A stretch of DNA of 63,916 nucleotides, filler included, from Welwitschia mirabilis (taxonomy: Eukaryota): NCBI GenBank assembly GCA_051453625.1. It is 5 parts of one record of this genome, joined end to end, with 100 filler letters (N's around TTAATTAATTAA, not from the genome) between each part and the next. Parts side by side here need not be neighbours in the genome. Positions count along the whole stretch, not along the records: positions 1 to 23,462 come from JBOZIK010000001.1; positions 23,563 to 39,157 come from JBOZIK010000001.1; 3 more parts are not named here. One strand, written 5' to 3'. The translations under genes and the position numbers were made by a program. Below the pieces are notes generated by a model, which was not told where the DNA came from, searched no databases, and saw only the letters and a list, made by a program, of their open reading frames with translations. Of this stretch, positions 14,201 to 26,740 are shown one piece after another (positions within the stretch are counted from its first letter, which is position 1; each line of letters opens with the position of its first letter).

Positions 14201-15685
14201 ACATAATTATTTCTAATTTCATTTATGTTGTAATTAGTTTCATTTTCTAATCTTCTACACAAGAATTGAAATTTCTTAAATTCTTTATTTTTATGCCTTA
14301 GTAATAATACTAAATAAAATCTAGAAATTTCATCAATAATTACAAGTGCATAATTTTTTCCATGAAGACTCTCTACACAGGTAGGACCTATAAAATTAAG
14401 ATGAAAAAGAGCCAAGAATTAATGAAAAGAAACTTAATTAGTTTGAGAGAATCTCTTCCTTGTTTTCTTTCCTAATTGATAAGCATGAAAAATATTATTT
14501 TCTAATTTATTCAACGTAGGAATACCTCTAATTAAATCATGTTTTAAGCTTTTTCATAAATATTTTTATAATTAACATAACCTAAGTATTTATGCCAAAT
14601 TCTACTTTTAGTACAAGCAACAAAATATAAATAATTTTTTCCTTATCCTTATCTAATTGAATAAAAATTTTCATCTCTATCACTAGATAAAATAACATTT
14701 TCCTACTTATCTAAAACATGAGAATTAGAAGTACTAAATAGGACATACATACCTTTATTACAAGTTTGGATAATGCTAAGAGGGTTGAGTAATAAACCAT
14801 TAATGTAGAGGACATTCTAAATAGTTAAAAAGTTTTTTAAATGATTATGATAATACCTTCCATAATTGCATTACCATTTTTTACAAATAGCATTTCACCT
14901 TTACTATTCTTTTTCAACTTTATGAATCAATTTCTATTTTCTATCATATGTCTAAAACATCCACTGTCAAAATGCCAAGGCACATCATTAGGAGTAGATA
15001 GAGCTATATAAATTAAAAGACTCTTATGACTTTTTAAACTACTCTATCTAACATCAAGAATTAGCCTTTCTTAAAAAACTAGAAACCAAGAAGAGCATCA
15101 AATATAGAAAAGGTGTAATTGATATAACAATTAATTCTAATGTAATCATACCTACTACAAAAATAAAATATATATATATTTCTTACTCTTTTGATGGGAT
15201 TCAATGTCTTTAACATAATGTTGAAAATTTAAAGTTATAGAATATAGGAGCTTTACCATTAAAGGTAAAAGAGTATTTTCTTGAGGTAATAGACATAAAA
15301 GAGGAAGAGAGAGGTGAAATATATTATAATCCAACCTTGTTACTTGATTCTCTTTTCTTGAACAACATAGTCTTAAATGATTTGTTATGTATAGAAGAAT
15401 TCAAAATAATTTTAGTCAAACTATTGCTTTTTAAAAGTAGCCCTTAAAGAATTTTGGTCTTCTTCTTAAGGTAGGTTACTTGTTCTCTAAAGTTTTTTTA
15501 TAAGCTTTAATTCTAATTTTAAGTTCTTCTTTTCTCATTTAACTTGTGTTGGATGCTTGTTTAATTGGATGTTTTCCTTTAACATCCTTTTAATCTCCTC
15601 ATAAAGTTCTTGGTACACATTTCTTAGATCCTCTTTCTATTTATCATTCTTACTTTTTACATCTTCTTTAATCTCTTCTACTTAT
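8280..15685 (-). mobile_element. Degenerate Sirevirus-like Ty1/copia element: 3' LTR ~8280-9373, PPTs, env-like region ~9950-11050, pol ~12000-15000, partial gag; cut by a gypsy LTR at ~15686
   Basis: LTR motif cctagatgaaaggggtgaatagg; IRYHFIKDHV (RNase H, ~12160-12190); integrase ORF 14116..14415 (YALVIIDEISRF); PWHFDSGCFRHM (protease, ~14945-14980); copia domain order. Confidence 0.85.
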
Positions 15686-17847
15686 ATCAACTTACATGTA
15701 TTTGATAGGATATTCTAAGTTTTTTGCAAATAAATTGGTAGATAAATGCTTAGTTCTTATAATAATGGAGAACTAGAATGAAAAAAAATGAAAACATGTG
15801 ATTTCTAGATAAATTACAAGCATTCTATGCAAATATGAATGAATGATATTTTGAAGGATAATTTCCTGCAAACAACAAAGCAAATAGACTAATTGAAGAT
15901 CTATTAAAGACCATCATCCACCTCATCCTCTAGATTTTAGTACCGATGACCACAAAACTGGATGATAACAGGTCTCACAAGTAGTCAGATTGGCAGTAGA
16001 CATGCAATCTAACTAATAAATAAGGATCGATCCTAAAGGGGGGTTAACAAGACTTTTAAAGCTATCTCCTTGTTCTTTTGTAACCTGAAAAAATAATAGA
16101 TAAAAAGTAATATTAAAATAATGTGTTTAATGGTGGAGAGACACCACCCTTCAGCTTTGTAGGATCCTTGTCCTAGCTGGCATGTATTTACTCTTTAAAA
16201 ATGGTTTTTAGGCTCACCAAGTAATCTTTCACAACTAATAAGGATTTTATAGCTTAATCCTTAACCAAGAATGAATGAAAGAGAGAAGGATGCACTACTA
16301 CACAGATGTGATCTCTATGGTACATCAATCTTCTTTCCAAGAAAATGCTATGATGTAAGTACAATAGAAATTTTGGAATGTTCAGATGTACTAATAGAAG
16401 GTATATTAGTGCTTCGTCAATTTTTGATTTGACAAAAATAGTATCAGTGTTCTTTAGTATTTAGAGAAAAGATTTTATACTTGAGATGTATCATATGATC
16501 ATTTCCTCAAAGGTAAATGAATTGTTGCACTTTTGCTAGAGAATCTTTATGTTAAAAACGGTTATACTTTTTTGTTGTACGGTCGATTTTTTGGTATGTT
16601 CAGTCGACCGCAAAATGCGGTCGTCCTTGTTCTTACATTTGGTCACCCTTTCTTGTCACATATTTTCTTAGTATAGGATATGGTCCAAAAGTGGTCTTCC
16701 TTATGCAAATATGTAGTTGCCCTTCCTTAGGTCGTCCATATAGTTATGGTCAATCGCCTATACTGCTATCAGTAAGATTCTTGCTCCGTGTCATAAGGTC
16801 GCTCATATGAATATCTGTGGTTTCTCGTATTTCAATCAGATTGGATTTCACTATGTGTCATGTGATCACTAGTATGAATATATTCAGTCACTCGTAAGTC
16901 TATCAGATTATATCAGATTGAGTGAAATGTGGTCTTCCACTTTTGAAGCAGTATTACAGTTCTTAAATATGCAGTCGCCCAATCTTATAAATTGGTCACC
17001 TGGTGCTGGAAGTTACCTGCATAAAAGACTAACTTACAAAAACTTATTAAATTAATTAATGACAATGTATTTTTAACACTAACTATCAGTCAACATCATC
17101 TTTAATATCATCAGAACAACTAGATGGACGACACTATTTTCTGACACTTGCACCGAATGTTTACCTAAGCTGTCGCCACTTAATTGAAACTTCTTTTTGC
17201 ATGGCAGTTAGGATTTTTTCTATGCTTTTCTATTAGTTTTCTTTATTGTTTTAAGTCTATAAATAAAGGTCTCTCCTTTGATTCCTAATCATCTTTGACA
17301 GTTACCGACATACTCATAATAGGAGATTGAAGAACTGGAGAACCATTTTGTAGTTTTAGAAAGATGTTTTCTTGGTGTTGGATGGTGTTTCCTCTATTGA
17401 GGAGTGACTACTTTGTAATATGGATGTGATATGCATATTTTAAAATGAAATATTCTCTTTTATGTTCAGATGTATGAATGATCTTCTTCCTCATAGTTTA
17501 TGTTATTTGAGATTTAGTGACAAGCTCCTTTTATGATATAATTATGAAGGCAACCTTTGTCAAGGTTGTGCTTGATTAGTTTAGGTGCATCGCTATTTCC
17601 TTTCCTAGATTAAACTTGTACAAGTGTGTTTTATTTCATTTTCATGAATTGTAAATTATTTCTATAGGTTAGGGTTATCATATCTTTATTTTGAAGGCAA
17701 CTCTTTTATTTTCATACTTTGGCCTTCAATGGATTATAACATTCAAGTCACTCCTATCTATATTAGTGTGTTGTATTTGTGCCTATTATTTGTAGTTAAT
17801 AGGATTCTAATTAGAACGTGAATATTGCATAAATACACACCGCAACA
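15686..17847 (+). mobile_element. 5' LTR of an Athila-like gypsy element, interrupted by a solo LTR
   Basis: 15686-16013 and 17084-17847 are homologous to the LTR at 24185-25394; ends ACACACCGCAACA just before a PBS. The left boundary is approximate. Confidence 0.8.
16014..17078 (-). mobile_element. Solo LTR (copia/Sirevirus-like, 1065 bp) with 5-bp TSD CTAAC
   Basis: CTAAC at 16009-16013 and 17079-17083; termini TAATAAA...TTTTAACA; cctaaaggggggttaac end motif; many GGTCG/CAGTCG-type motifs; the host LTR resumes after it. Confidence 0.82.
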
Positions 17848-17850
17848 TCT

Positions 17851-17868
17851 TGGTGTCATTGCCGGGTA
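17851..17868 (+). promoter_or_regulatory. Decayed tRNA-Asp-type primer-binding site (Athila)
   Basis: tggtgtcattgccgggta vs TGGCGCCGTTGCCGGGGA (14/18), 3 nt after the LTR end. Confidence 0.8.
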
Positions 17869-18187
17869 AGGATTCTTAGAGTTTGAGAGTTGTTATTGCT
17901 TCAGTAAGTATTTCAGATACTTGCTGCAGCAATAATGTAATGGTACGTATGCCATAAGTTTTTTGTTTTAGTTTTTTCTGCTAAATTTTTATAGTATCAT
18001 CATTCCCTCTATCATACAGATAACACTGATGGATGATAGTCTATTTTCCTAACCTATTAAAAACTTAGTTTTTTTAATTTCTATTTCTAATTTGTCTTTT
18101 TCTTGTGTTTTTTATGTTTTTATCATCTAGGTTATCGTTCAAACGACATATGAGATGGCACTTTCATAGATCCAAGACATAGTATGA

Positions 18188-21100
18188 ATGGTTAAGTCTA
18201 AAAAAAAGGAAAAATACCAGAGAGAGCAGTTATTGACTGCTAAAAATATCAAAAAAGGTTTGATAAATTTTGAAGTAGAAACAAATCAAAACAACAAAGG
18301 TATACAAGATTTCGAATTTCCTGCAATTTCTACTTTTAATTTTGTAGAGTTTGATCTTGCTGCCATGTCGACCTCGAAACAAAAACTTAAAAATACTATC
18401 TCTCTAAGTCCACCCCCTATCATTGGAATTCTTACTTCTACTCCTTCTCAACCCAATACTCATGCTACGTTAAGAGGTTTTATAGTAAAAAAAAACATGA
18501 GATCGAAAATCCTTTTGACTTACCTCTTAGTGATGATGTAGAACTTCGAAACTTGAATGCTTACCCTATCTTTAGTGGAGAGCCTGATGAAGATCCTTTG
18601 TAATACATTGCCAAAATCGAGAAACTTATCCTTACTTCTGGAAACTGTAAAAAACAAATAAGTGATAGAACCTACATGGTTATCTTTCCCATCACCTTGA
18701 GAGATAAAGCAAAACTTTACTTAGAATGATTCCTCATAAGAGCCTTAAATCTTGGAGTCAAGTTCAAGAAGACTTCATAAAGAGATTTATGAGTGAAACC
18801 ACCATCCAGAAGTGTAGAAAAAAATTCACAAACTTCCAACAACTACCTAATGAGGACTATGCCTCCACTTATGAGCGATTTTTGTTGTTTTGCATTTAAA
18901 CCCCGTAGATTCCTTTTTAGAGGTAGAATTAATTAACTATTTTTATAGTGGATCGAAAAGTCATACCAAGCAACTCATAGATTTTTCCTATGGAGTCAAC
19001 CTATTAAACTAAACCTTAGGAGATGCTTAGAAGGTGTTGGAAGATTTAGTGGAAGTAAGTCAAACTTGGCCAAAACCCTCCTTTAGAGAAAACCGAACAG
19101 TAGGCCAAATCATTAAGGACCTTAAGAAGTTAAACATGAGAAGAATGAAATCAAAATAGAAATGAACCAACTAGCGTGAAGTTGTTGTTCCAACATGCGA
19201 TTTGTGTGAAAATAGTTACCATGTTATAAAAGATTGTCCTTTACTTCCTACTTAAAAAGAGAGAATTCATGAGAAAGTTTGTGCCTTTAACTAAAGACCT
19301 TCCAATTACATGCAAAACAACAATTAAAGACAAGTCCAAAATCACAATTTTCAAAATAGGATGAGTGAGCAACTAAATTCTAGAAATTTCCAAACACATA
19401 ATTCTAACTTCCAACCTTTCAGAGATAGATTTGAACATCTAAACTTTCAATCCAACCATCCAAATAACTTGGTAAGCCCTTCTAACTCCCAAAACCATAG
19501 TGATCCTCTTAGGAATTCCATTGAGGAGTTGAGAAAAACTCAAGAGAAAAAAATGAAAACATAGAAAATCTTGTAAGTATTTTATAATAAACCATGCTTG
19601 CTAATCAAACACCATAAGGGCCCTTGCCACTCAACCTTTACCGAACCCTAATGAAGTAATAAAGGATTGTAAGGTGATGACAAGGAGTGGAAATGACACA
19701 ACCCATGAAGCTTCAACTTACCAAAATGATAAAAATGATGAGGAAGAGGACATAGAAATCCTAAAAAACCATTCATTCCCTTCCTCACTCAGCAACAAGA
19801 AGAAAGATCCTTCACAAAAGAAACTTACTACCCCATGGCTTGATAGGCTTAACACAAACCCCATCTTCGATGATCATTTGAAAGCCTTAATGCAAAGCAT
19901 GAGCATCAACTTACTTTTTTGGAAACTTTTGCAAGAGAATCCCAAATACTCTAAGCTATGGAAAGACCTAATAACAAGAAAACAAAAATGAACTATCCCT
20001 AGTAGAGTCTTCCTAGCTCAATCCATTAGCAACTTGGTTTACAAGAAGTGTCCAAAGTTTAAAGATCTAGGGGTAGCAACCGTTAGTGTGACTTTAGAGG
20101 GGAACCGTAGAATTAAGAAAGCCTTGATAGACATTAGAGACATTGTCAATATTATGCCCTTATATATTTGTCAATGCCTTAGGTTGGAAGAAAGACTAGA
20201 GCCTACATGCATTGTNNNNNNNNNNNNNNNNNNNNNNNNNNNNNNNNNNNNNNNNNNNNNNNNNNNNNNNNNNNNNNNNNNNNNNNNNNNNNNNNNNNNN
20301 NNNNNNNNNNNNNNNNNNNNNNNNNNNNNNNNNNNNNNNNNNNNNNNNNNNNNNNNNNNNNNNNNNNNNNNNNNNNNNNNNNNNNNNNNNNNNNNNNNNN
20401 NNNNNNNNNNNNNNNNNNNNNNNNNNNNNNNNNNNNNNNNNNNNNNNNNNNNNNNNNNNNNAAAGTTTGTGCCTTTAACCAAAGACCTTCCAACTACATG
20501 TAAAACCATAATAAAAGATAAGTCCAAAATCACAATTTTCAAAATAGGATGAGTGATTAACCAAATTCTAGAAATTTCCAAACACATCATTCTAACTTAT
20601 AGCATTTCAAAAATAGATTTAAACATCCAAATTTTCAATCCAACCATCTAAATAACTTGGTAAGCTCTTTCAACTCCCAAAACTATAGTGATCATCTTAG
20701 GAATTCTATTGAGGAGTTGATAAAAACTCAAGAGAAAACGAAAGCAAACATAGAAAATCTTGTAAGTATTTTATAATAAGCCATGCTTGTCAATCAAAGA
20801 CCACAAGGGACCCTTATCACTCAACCTTTACTAAATCCTAATGAAGTACTAAAAGATTGTAAGGTATTGACCAGGAGTGAAAATGATACAACTCTCTCTA
20901 ATCATAAGGATTTAACTTTCTAAAATGATAAAAATGATGAGGGAGAGGATATAGAAATCCTAAAAAACCATTCCTTCCCTTCCTTACTCAGTAACAAGAA
21001 AAAAGATCCTTCATAAAAAAAGCCTGCTACCCTATGGCTTGATAGGCTTAACACAAACCCCATTTTTAATAATCATTTGAAAGCCTTAATGCAAAACATG

Positions 21101-23462
21101 AGCATCAACTTACCTTTTTAGAAACTTTTGCAAGAGAATCCAAAATATTCTAAGCTATGGAAAGACCTAATAAGAAGAAAACAAAAATAAACCATCCTTA
21201 ATAAAGTCTTCCTAGCTTAATTCATTAGTAACTTGATTTACAAGAAGTGTTCAAAGTTTAAAGATCTGGGGGTAGCAACTATTAGTGTCACTTTAGAGGG
21301 AAATAGTAGAATTAAGAAAGCCTTAATAGACATAGAAACTAGTTTCAATATTATACCCTTACATATTTATCAACGTCTTGGGTTGGAAGAAAGAGTAAAG
21401 CCTACATGCATTATCTTGGAGTTAGCCAATACATCTGTGAAAGAACATTTAGGTGTGATCAAGGATTTAGTCATTTAAATAGAGAAAGTTTCTACCCAAT
21501 TAATGTAGTTGTTTTAGAAGTTAAGCATCATGGTGGATATCCCCTACTTCTAGGTAGAGCTTCTTGTTCAATAGCTTATTGCATAATAGACACAAGAACT
21601 AGATTAATGAAGTGCTATTTTGGAAATAAACAATTTTCAATAAGAGTATTTGATGCGATTGAAAATGATTTAGATAATGATTTAAGTGTGGAGGAAGAAA
21701 TAAAACCAATCCTATTTTTATAGCACTATCTACTTGAGGAGAGATGGTCCATGCTTCATGAGCCGATCTTATTTGATGATCAAATGGAAGCCGACTACCT
21801 TTATGTGCTTGATGAACAACTTCAGTTTGACCATCTTCCAACTAGATTTTATAATCTAAGGAGAAGTAAGTTTGAGTTTGTAAACTATTCTGAAGTTTGA
21901 GAAATTAAAAACCCTGAGAATTCTTGTTTTGAGGTCAGTCATTTACTACCGATGTTCGGACAACAGTCTAAGATGATAATCAACTTTTTTAAAAATTTTT
22001 TAGAAACTAGAAGTCTAAACCTTATTCTGAACTTAAAATCTTTAGAAAGTGGACTAAAATACATTTTTTTGAATAGAGATCTGAATAAACCTTTGATTAT
22101 TAATAAAAATGTCTTACCTCAATAAGAATCCCATCTTATTTCTCTCTTAGAGTCAAAGGCTGATGCATTTGCTTCGTCCCATAATGATCTATCAACCATT
22201 TCCACTTCCATTACGTAATACAAATTCTAGCTCAAAGAAAATGTAAAACTTGTGAGGAAACCCCAAAATAAACTAAATATAGCCCTAAAGAAAATTGTAA
22301 AAGATGAAATCATAAAACTTATGGATACTATAATCATTTACTCCATTGCTGATAGTGAGTGGGTTAGTTTCTTGATGATAGTACCTAAAAAGTGTGGGAA
22401 ATGACATATGTGCATACACTTCTAAAAAGCTAAATAAGGTAACAAAAAAAGACCATTGTCCTTTACTTTTTCTCGATCAAATTCTTGATAGAATTCAAGA
22501 ATATGCTTTTTATTGTTTTCTTAATGGTTATAGCAGTTACAATCAAGTTTGCATTGCTATTGAGGACCAAGCTAAAACTACCTTCACTTCTCCGTTTCAT
22601 ACCTTTGCCTTTAGATGCATGCCTTTTGGACTTTTTAATGCTCCCCGTACCTTTTAGCATACTATTATGGGTATTTTTTTTGATATGCTTGAGGATTCCA
22701 TTGAGATTTTCATGGATAACTTTTCTATCTATGCTAAAAATTTTGAGCAAATATTAGATTATTTAGAGAAAGTCTTAGATCGATGCATTACTAGTGGCCT
22801 TCACTTGAGTTGGAAAAATAGTTATTTTCTTATAGAGAGTGGCATTGTTTTAGGTTACCACATTTCTCATAAGAGGATTAAAGTGGATGCTTCTAAAGTT
22901 AGTATTATTCAAAATCTTAGTCCCCCTACAAATGTTAAATAGATCCAATCTTTCCTTAGTCATTGTGGTTTTTATCATCAGTTCATTCATGATTATGCTT
23001 CTATTTGTAAATCCCTTTACTCATTACTAGAGAAAGATGCCAAATTTGAATGGAATGAATCTTTTCAAACTGCTTTTGATAAGATTAAACATAGATTTTC
23101 TTATGATCCTATAGTAACGGGACCTAATTTGGCACGTGAATTTGAGCTTATGTGTGATGCTAGCAATTTTGCCGTGGGTGGGGTTCTTTTCCAAAAATAT
23201 GAGAAGGATTTCAAAGTGATATCTTATCATAGTAATTCATTGTCTAAAGCTCAGATGCACTATACTACTACAGAAAAAGAAATGCTTGCCATTATCTTTT
23301 GCCTTGATTCTCTTAGACACTATTTTTTAGGCTTCCACATGAATGTTTATACTAATCATGCTGCCATTCGTTACCTTATGACTAAGAAAGACTCTAGTGC
23401 CCATTTGATTAGATGGGTCCTTATTATGGAAGAATTCAATTTGACCATCATAGATAAAATAG
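18188..23462 (+). pseudogene. Degenerate Athila-like gag-protease-RT-RNase H; integrase absent at the scaffold join
   Basis: ORF fragments KFKDLGVATISVTLEG..KKALIDI (protease), KLNKVTKKDHCPLLFLDQILDRI..FLNGYSSYNQV..MPFGLFNAPRTF and EIFMDNFSIY (RT), FELMCDASNFAVGGVL..YTTTEKEMLAI..YTNHAAIRYL (RNase H). Confidence 0.92.
19274..21414 (+). repeat. Diverged direct duplication of ~950 bp (19274-20215 and 20462-21414) across an N gap
   Basis: The two copies align throughout (e.g. ORFs 20034.. and 21233.. are near-identical), with many substitutions and a 9-nt indel. Confidence 0.9.
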
Positions 23463-23562
23463 NNNNNNNNNNNNNNNNNNNNNNNNNNNNNNNNNNNNNN
23501 NNNNNNTTAATTAATTAANNNNNNNNNNNNNNNNNNNNNNNNNNNNNNNNNNNNNNNNNNNN
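23463..23562. other. Artificial scaffold linker 44N-TTAATTAATTAA-44N
   Basis: 12-mer at 23507-23518 gives stops in all six frames; total exactly 100 bp. Confidence 0.95.
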
Positions 23563-25394
23563 ATGTTCCTTTTGTCCATTTCTCCTCTACTTTTCTTCGG
23601 TTTTCATGTTTATCATTTTCTAGTCATTTTTTCCCATTTTTTCTTTCCTAGTTTAGTAGTTTCATAGTTTTTTCATTTCACTCATTTTTAATTTTTGTTA
23701 GTTTAGGCAATTTGGGACACATTGCACATTTTAAGTGAGGGGCAGGATGCACATATATTTTCAATATTGCATATTTCTGATCCAATTCTTTTGATCATGA
23801 TAAATCATTATTGCAAATCCTCCTTAATTTTTTGATGATTATATTTAAATATCTATCACAGGAGGAGCTCTTTTCTAGAATTTTTTAACTAATGCAAAAT
23901 CTTTCTTTGTCACAGGTTCCAGAATTTGAAATTATTTTAAGGAGCTTGTTGTCCCCATTATCGTCCAGATGACAAGTCAGACGATAGACAACATCTGATA
24001 CTTAATAGGTATTTTATTTAGTTTTTAAATTTTTAAAAAAATTTAGATTCAGATTCATTCTTATTACATTTTTGTCAGATACTTTCCTTTACCTATCCTA
24101 GCTTTTATTGTTTGAAAAGTTGGCTTGCAAACACAGTTTACCACCTAGTTTTGTGAGGGACTGACAAGGCTAAGTGGGGAACTATGTTGCGACACTAACT
24201 TATCTCTATTTGATAGGGTATTTTGAGTTGTTTTGTAGATAAATTAATAGATAAATGCCTAGTTCCTATGACAACTGAGAATCCAGGAACACAAGATGAA
24301 AACATGCAGTTTATCAAATAATTCACGAGAATTTTCTATAGATATGGATAAATTGTATTTTTAGATGTTTATTTCTATAAACAACTAGATATCACACTAA
24401 CAAAGGATGTATAGAAGACTATCGTCCCCTTTGTTATCTAGACGACAGTTAAGATGACAACCCTAATTGGACATATGATAGACCTATTTCCAGATAACTG
24501 GCAGTCGAACTAAACATCTTCTCATCAGACTCCATCATCCACCTCATTGTCGAGACAATACTAGTGGATGATATCTTTAGAATTAGTTGACAGGACTTCG
24601 CATTCAAATCACAGATAGTTAAACTGGAAGCAAAAAAGATAACTCATTGTGAAATCCTGTCGTCTCCTCCATTGTTTGGATGACAACATGGACAACACTG
24701 TCCTGTTATACTTTTACAGGTTGTATTCTCGAGTTGTTGCTTATTATTTGAAACTTTCCCTTACATGATAGCTAGAGTTTCTCTTATGCTTTTCTGTTAG
24801 TTCCTTTCCTCTTTCTGTTTATAAATAAAGGTATCCCCCTCAATCCCTAATCATCTTTGACAGTACTTAACATTCTCGTAACAGAAGATCTTAGGACTGG
24901 AGAACCATCTTGTAATTTAGAGAAACGTTACCTTGGTGTTAAGCAGCATATCCTCCATTGAGGAACGACTACTTTATGATACAGATGCCTTTTTACATCT
25001 TTAATATGAATTACTCTTTCTATTAATAATTGCAGGAACTTATCCCTCATAGTTTATGTTGTTCTAGATTCGTGACAGGTTTCCTTAATTATATAGATTA
25101 TGAGGGCAGCCTTCATTAAGGTTGAGTTTGATTAGATTAGGTGCATTGCTGTTTCTTTTCATAGATTAGTCTTGCATCATTATTCTATTTCATGCATTGC
25201 AATTTATTTTAGTAGGCTAAGGTTATATATTTCTCTTTGAAATCATCTCTTTATTGTCCATACCATTGGCCTTTAATGTAATTATGACATTCGGATTACT
25301 CCGTCTATACTAGCGTGTTGTATTTTGCATCTTATTTATAATTAACAGGATTGAAATTGAAATGTAAAACATTGCACAAATACACACTGCAACA
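23563..25394 (+). mobile_element. Athila-like 3' non-coding region, PPT (~24167-24181) and complete 3' LTR 24185-25394
   Basis: AGGCTAAGTGGGGAA followed by an LTR with inverted termini TGTTGC...GCAACA; reverse-complement homology to 62702-63916. Confidence 0.85.
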
Positions 25395-26740
25395 GTTTGT
25401 TTGATTAAAGAGTGGAGATCTAGTAATTAAAGATCCCCTTTATAGAAGTTCATTTAAGGATTTTATGGCTTTTCATGAGTATTAGCTCTCATATTGAACT
25501 TAGAGGGGAGGGGTGAATGAATTTCAAGTAAAAAATTTTATTGTAAACAAAAATTAAGAGTAGTAAAAATTAAGAAAATGTAAAATGAAGTTGAAAATCT
25601 TATTGATTTAATGTGGTTTTCAAATTTAGGTACTTCACACTTGAAAGGATGAGTCTATTACACCTCTGAATCTTTACAAATTATTAAAAGCATTATGGCT
25701 TATGGCTTATCACTATCCTCATAATTGTAGATATCAATAGTTTTACCTTGTAAGAAATGTAAATTAATCTATTAAGATATAAAAATAAAACACAAGTATT
25801 TCTCTTAAGATTATATCATAGTGCATCACCTAATACATTATAACCTAGAAATCCAACTTGGATCTACTGACATGAAATCCTCATAAAGGCAAAAATACAA
25901 GTGAATATAACATGTAAAACTATAGAGATTATTATATAATTAGATGTCCATCTCTAAGTACAAATGTAATAAAGAAAAATGATAAAAGCATGAAATAATA
26001 GAGAACGGATGTAAGGAAAATATATATTTTGTACTATGAGAAGAAGAGATGACATGGAAAACATATTTATACCTCCTTTTTATTCTTCTTCTTCTTCACA
26101 ATGCAGTAATGATGATAATCATTCTTTAAAGGATGCAAAAACTTAATAGCTTAAAGAAAATAATTCCAACCTTTAATGACAATATCCTATTTCTATTCAT
26201 CTTTATAATATATTATTTTAGTTTTCTTTCTTTCTTGCTTATTTCCTTCTAATTTCTCATGTATTTAGTGATTTCTTATTTATGTTTCTTAACTCCTCTA
26301 TGATACTTTTTGTGTAAATCTTATAATGGCTAATGGTTTCGGTTTCCTCTTATGCGGGACCCCTCTATTAGATTTTTATTATAGGAAGACATTAAAATGG
26401 GAATATTTACATTTTATTTTAACTCATAGTAGATTTCTTTTAATGTTTTAGACATCTTCTTATGCTATAGACATTTGTACGATCTATAGATGTCTTCTAA
26501 ATCTACAAATGTCTTTAAATGAATGCCATTTGATTAAGCTAGGAGATCTTATATTTCATTGACATCTGGAGGTAGCCTTCACCTGATATGCATGTCTTTA
26601 CTATAAGTACTTGAAAAACATTACATACTATTTGTTATATAGTACAGTTAAACTAAAATAAACTAGGCGAATACTTAGTATTGCTCTTTTGTAAGGTTAA
26701 TTATGATGACATAACAAAAATTAAATATATCTTTCTAACT
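25395..26740 (-). mobile_element. Copia gag N-terminus remnant, decayed PBS (~25485-25496) and 5' LTR (~25495 to ~26740)
   Basis: Minus-strand GSLITRSPL (~25421-25437); gctctcatat resembles gctctgatac; tagaggggaggggtgaat LTR-end motif; AGACATCT/AGATGTCT motif cluster at ~26450-26570. The right boundary is uncertain. Confidence 0.6.

Noticed and set aside
23507..23518. TTAATTAATTAA palindrome as a biological motif or TE target site
   Set aside because: It is always centred in exactly 44+44 N, so it is a synthetic linker.
8280..26740. LTRs at ~8280 and ~25495 as the two ends of one copia element
   Set aside because: The LTR interiors do not resemble each other, part of gag is missing between the breakpoints, and a scaffold linker lies between them.
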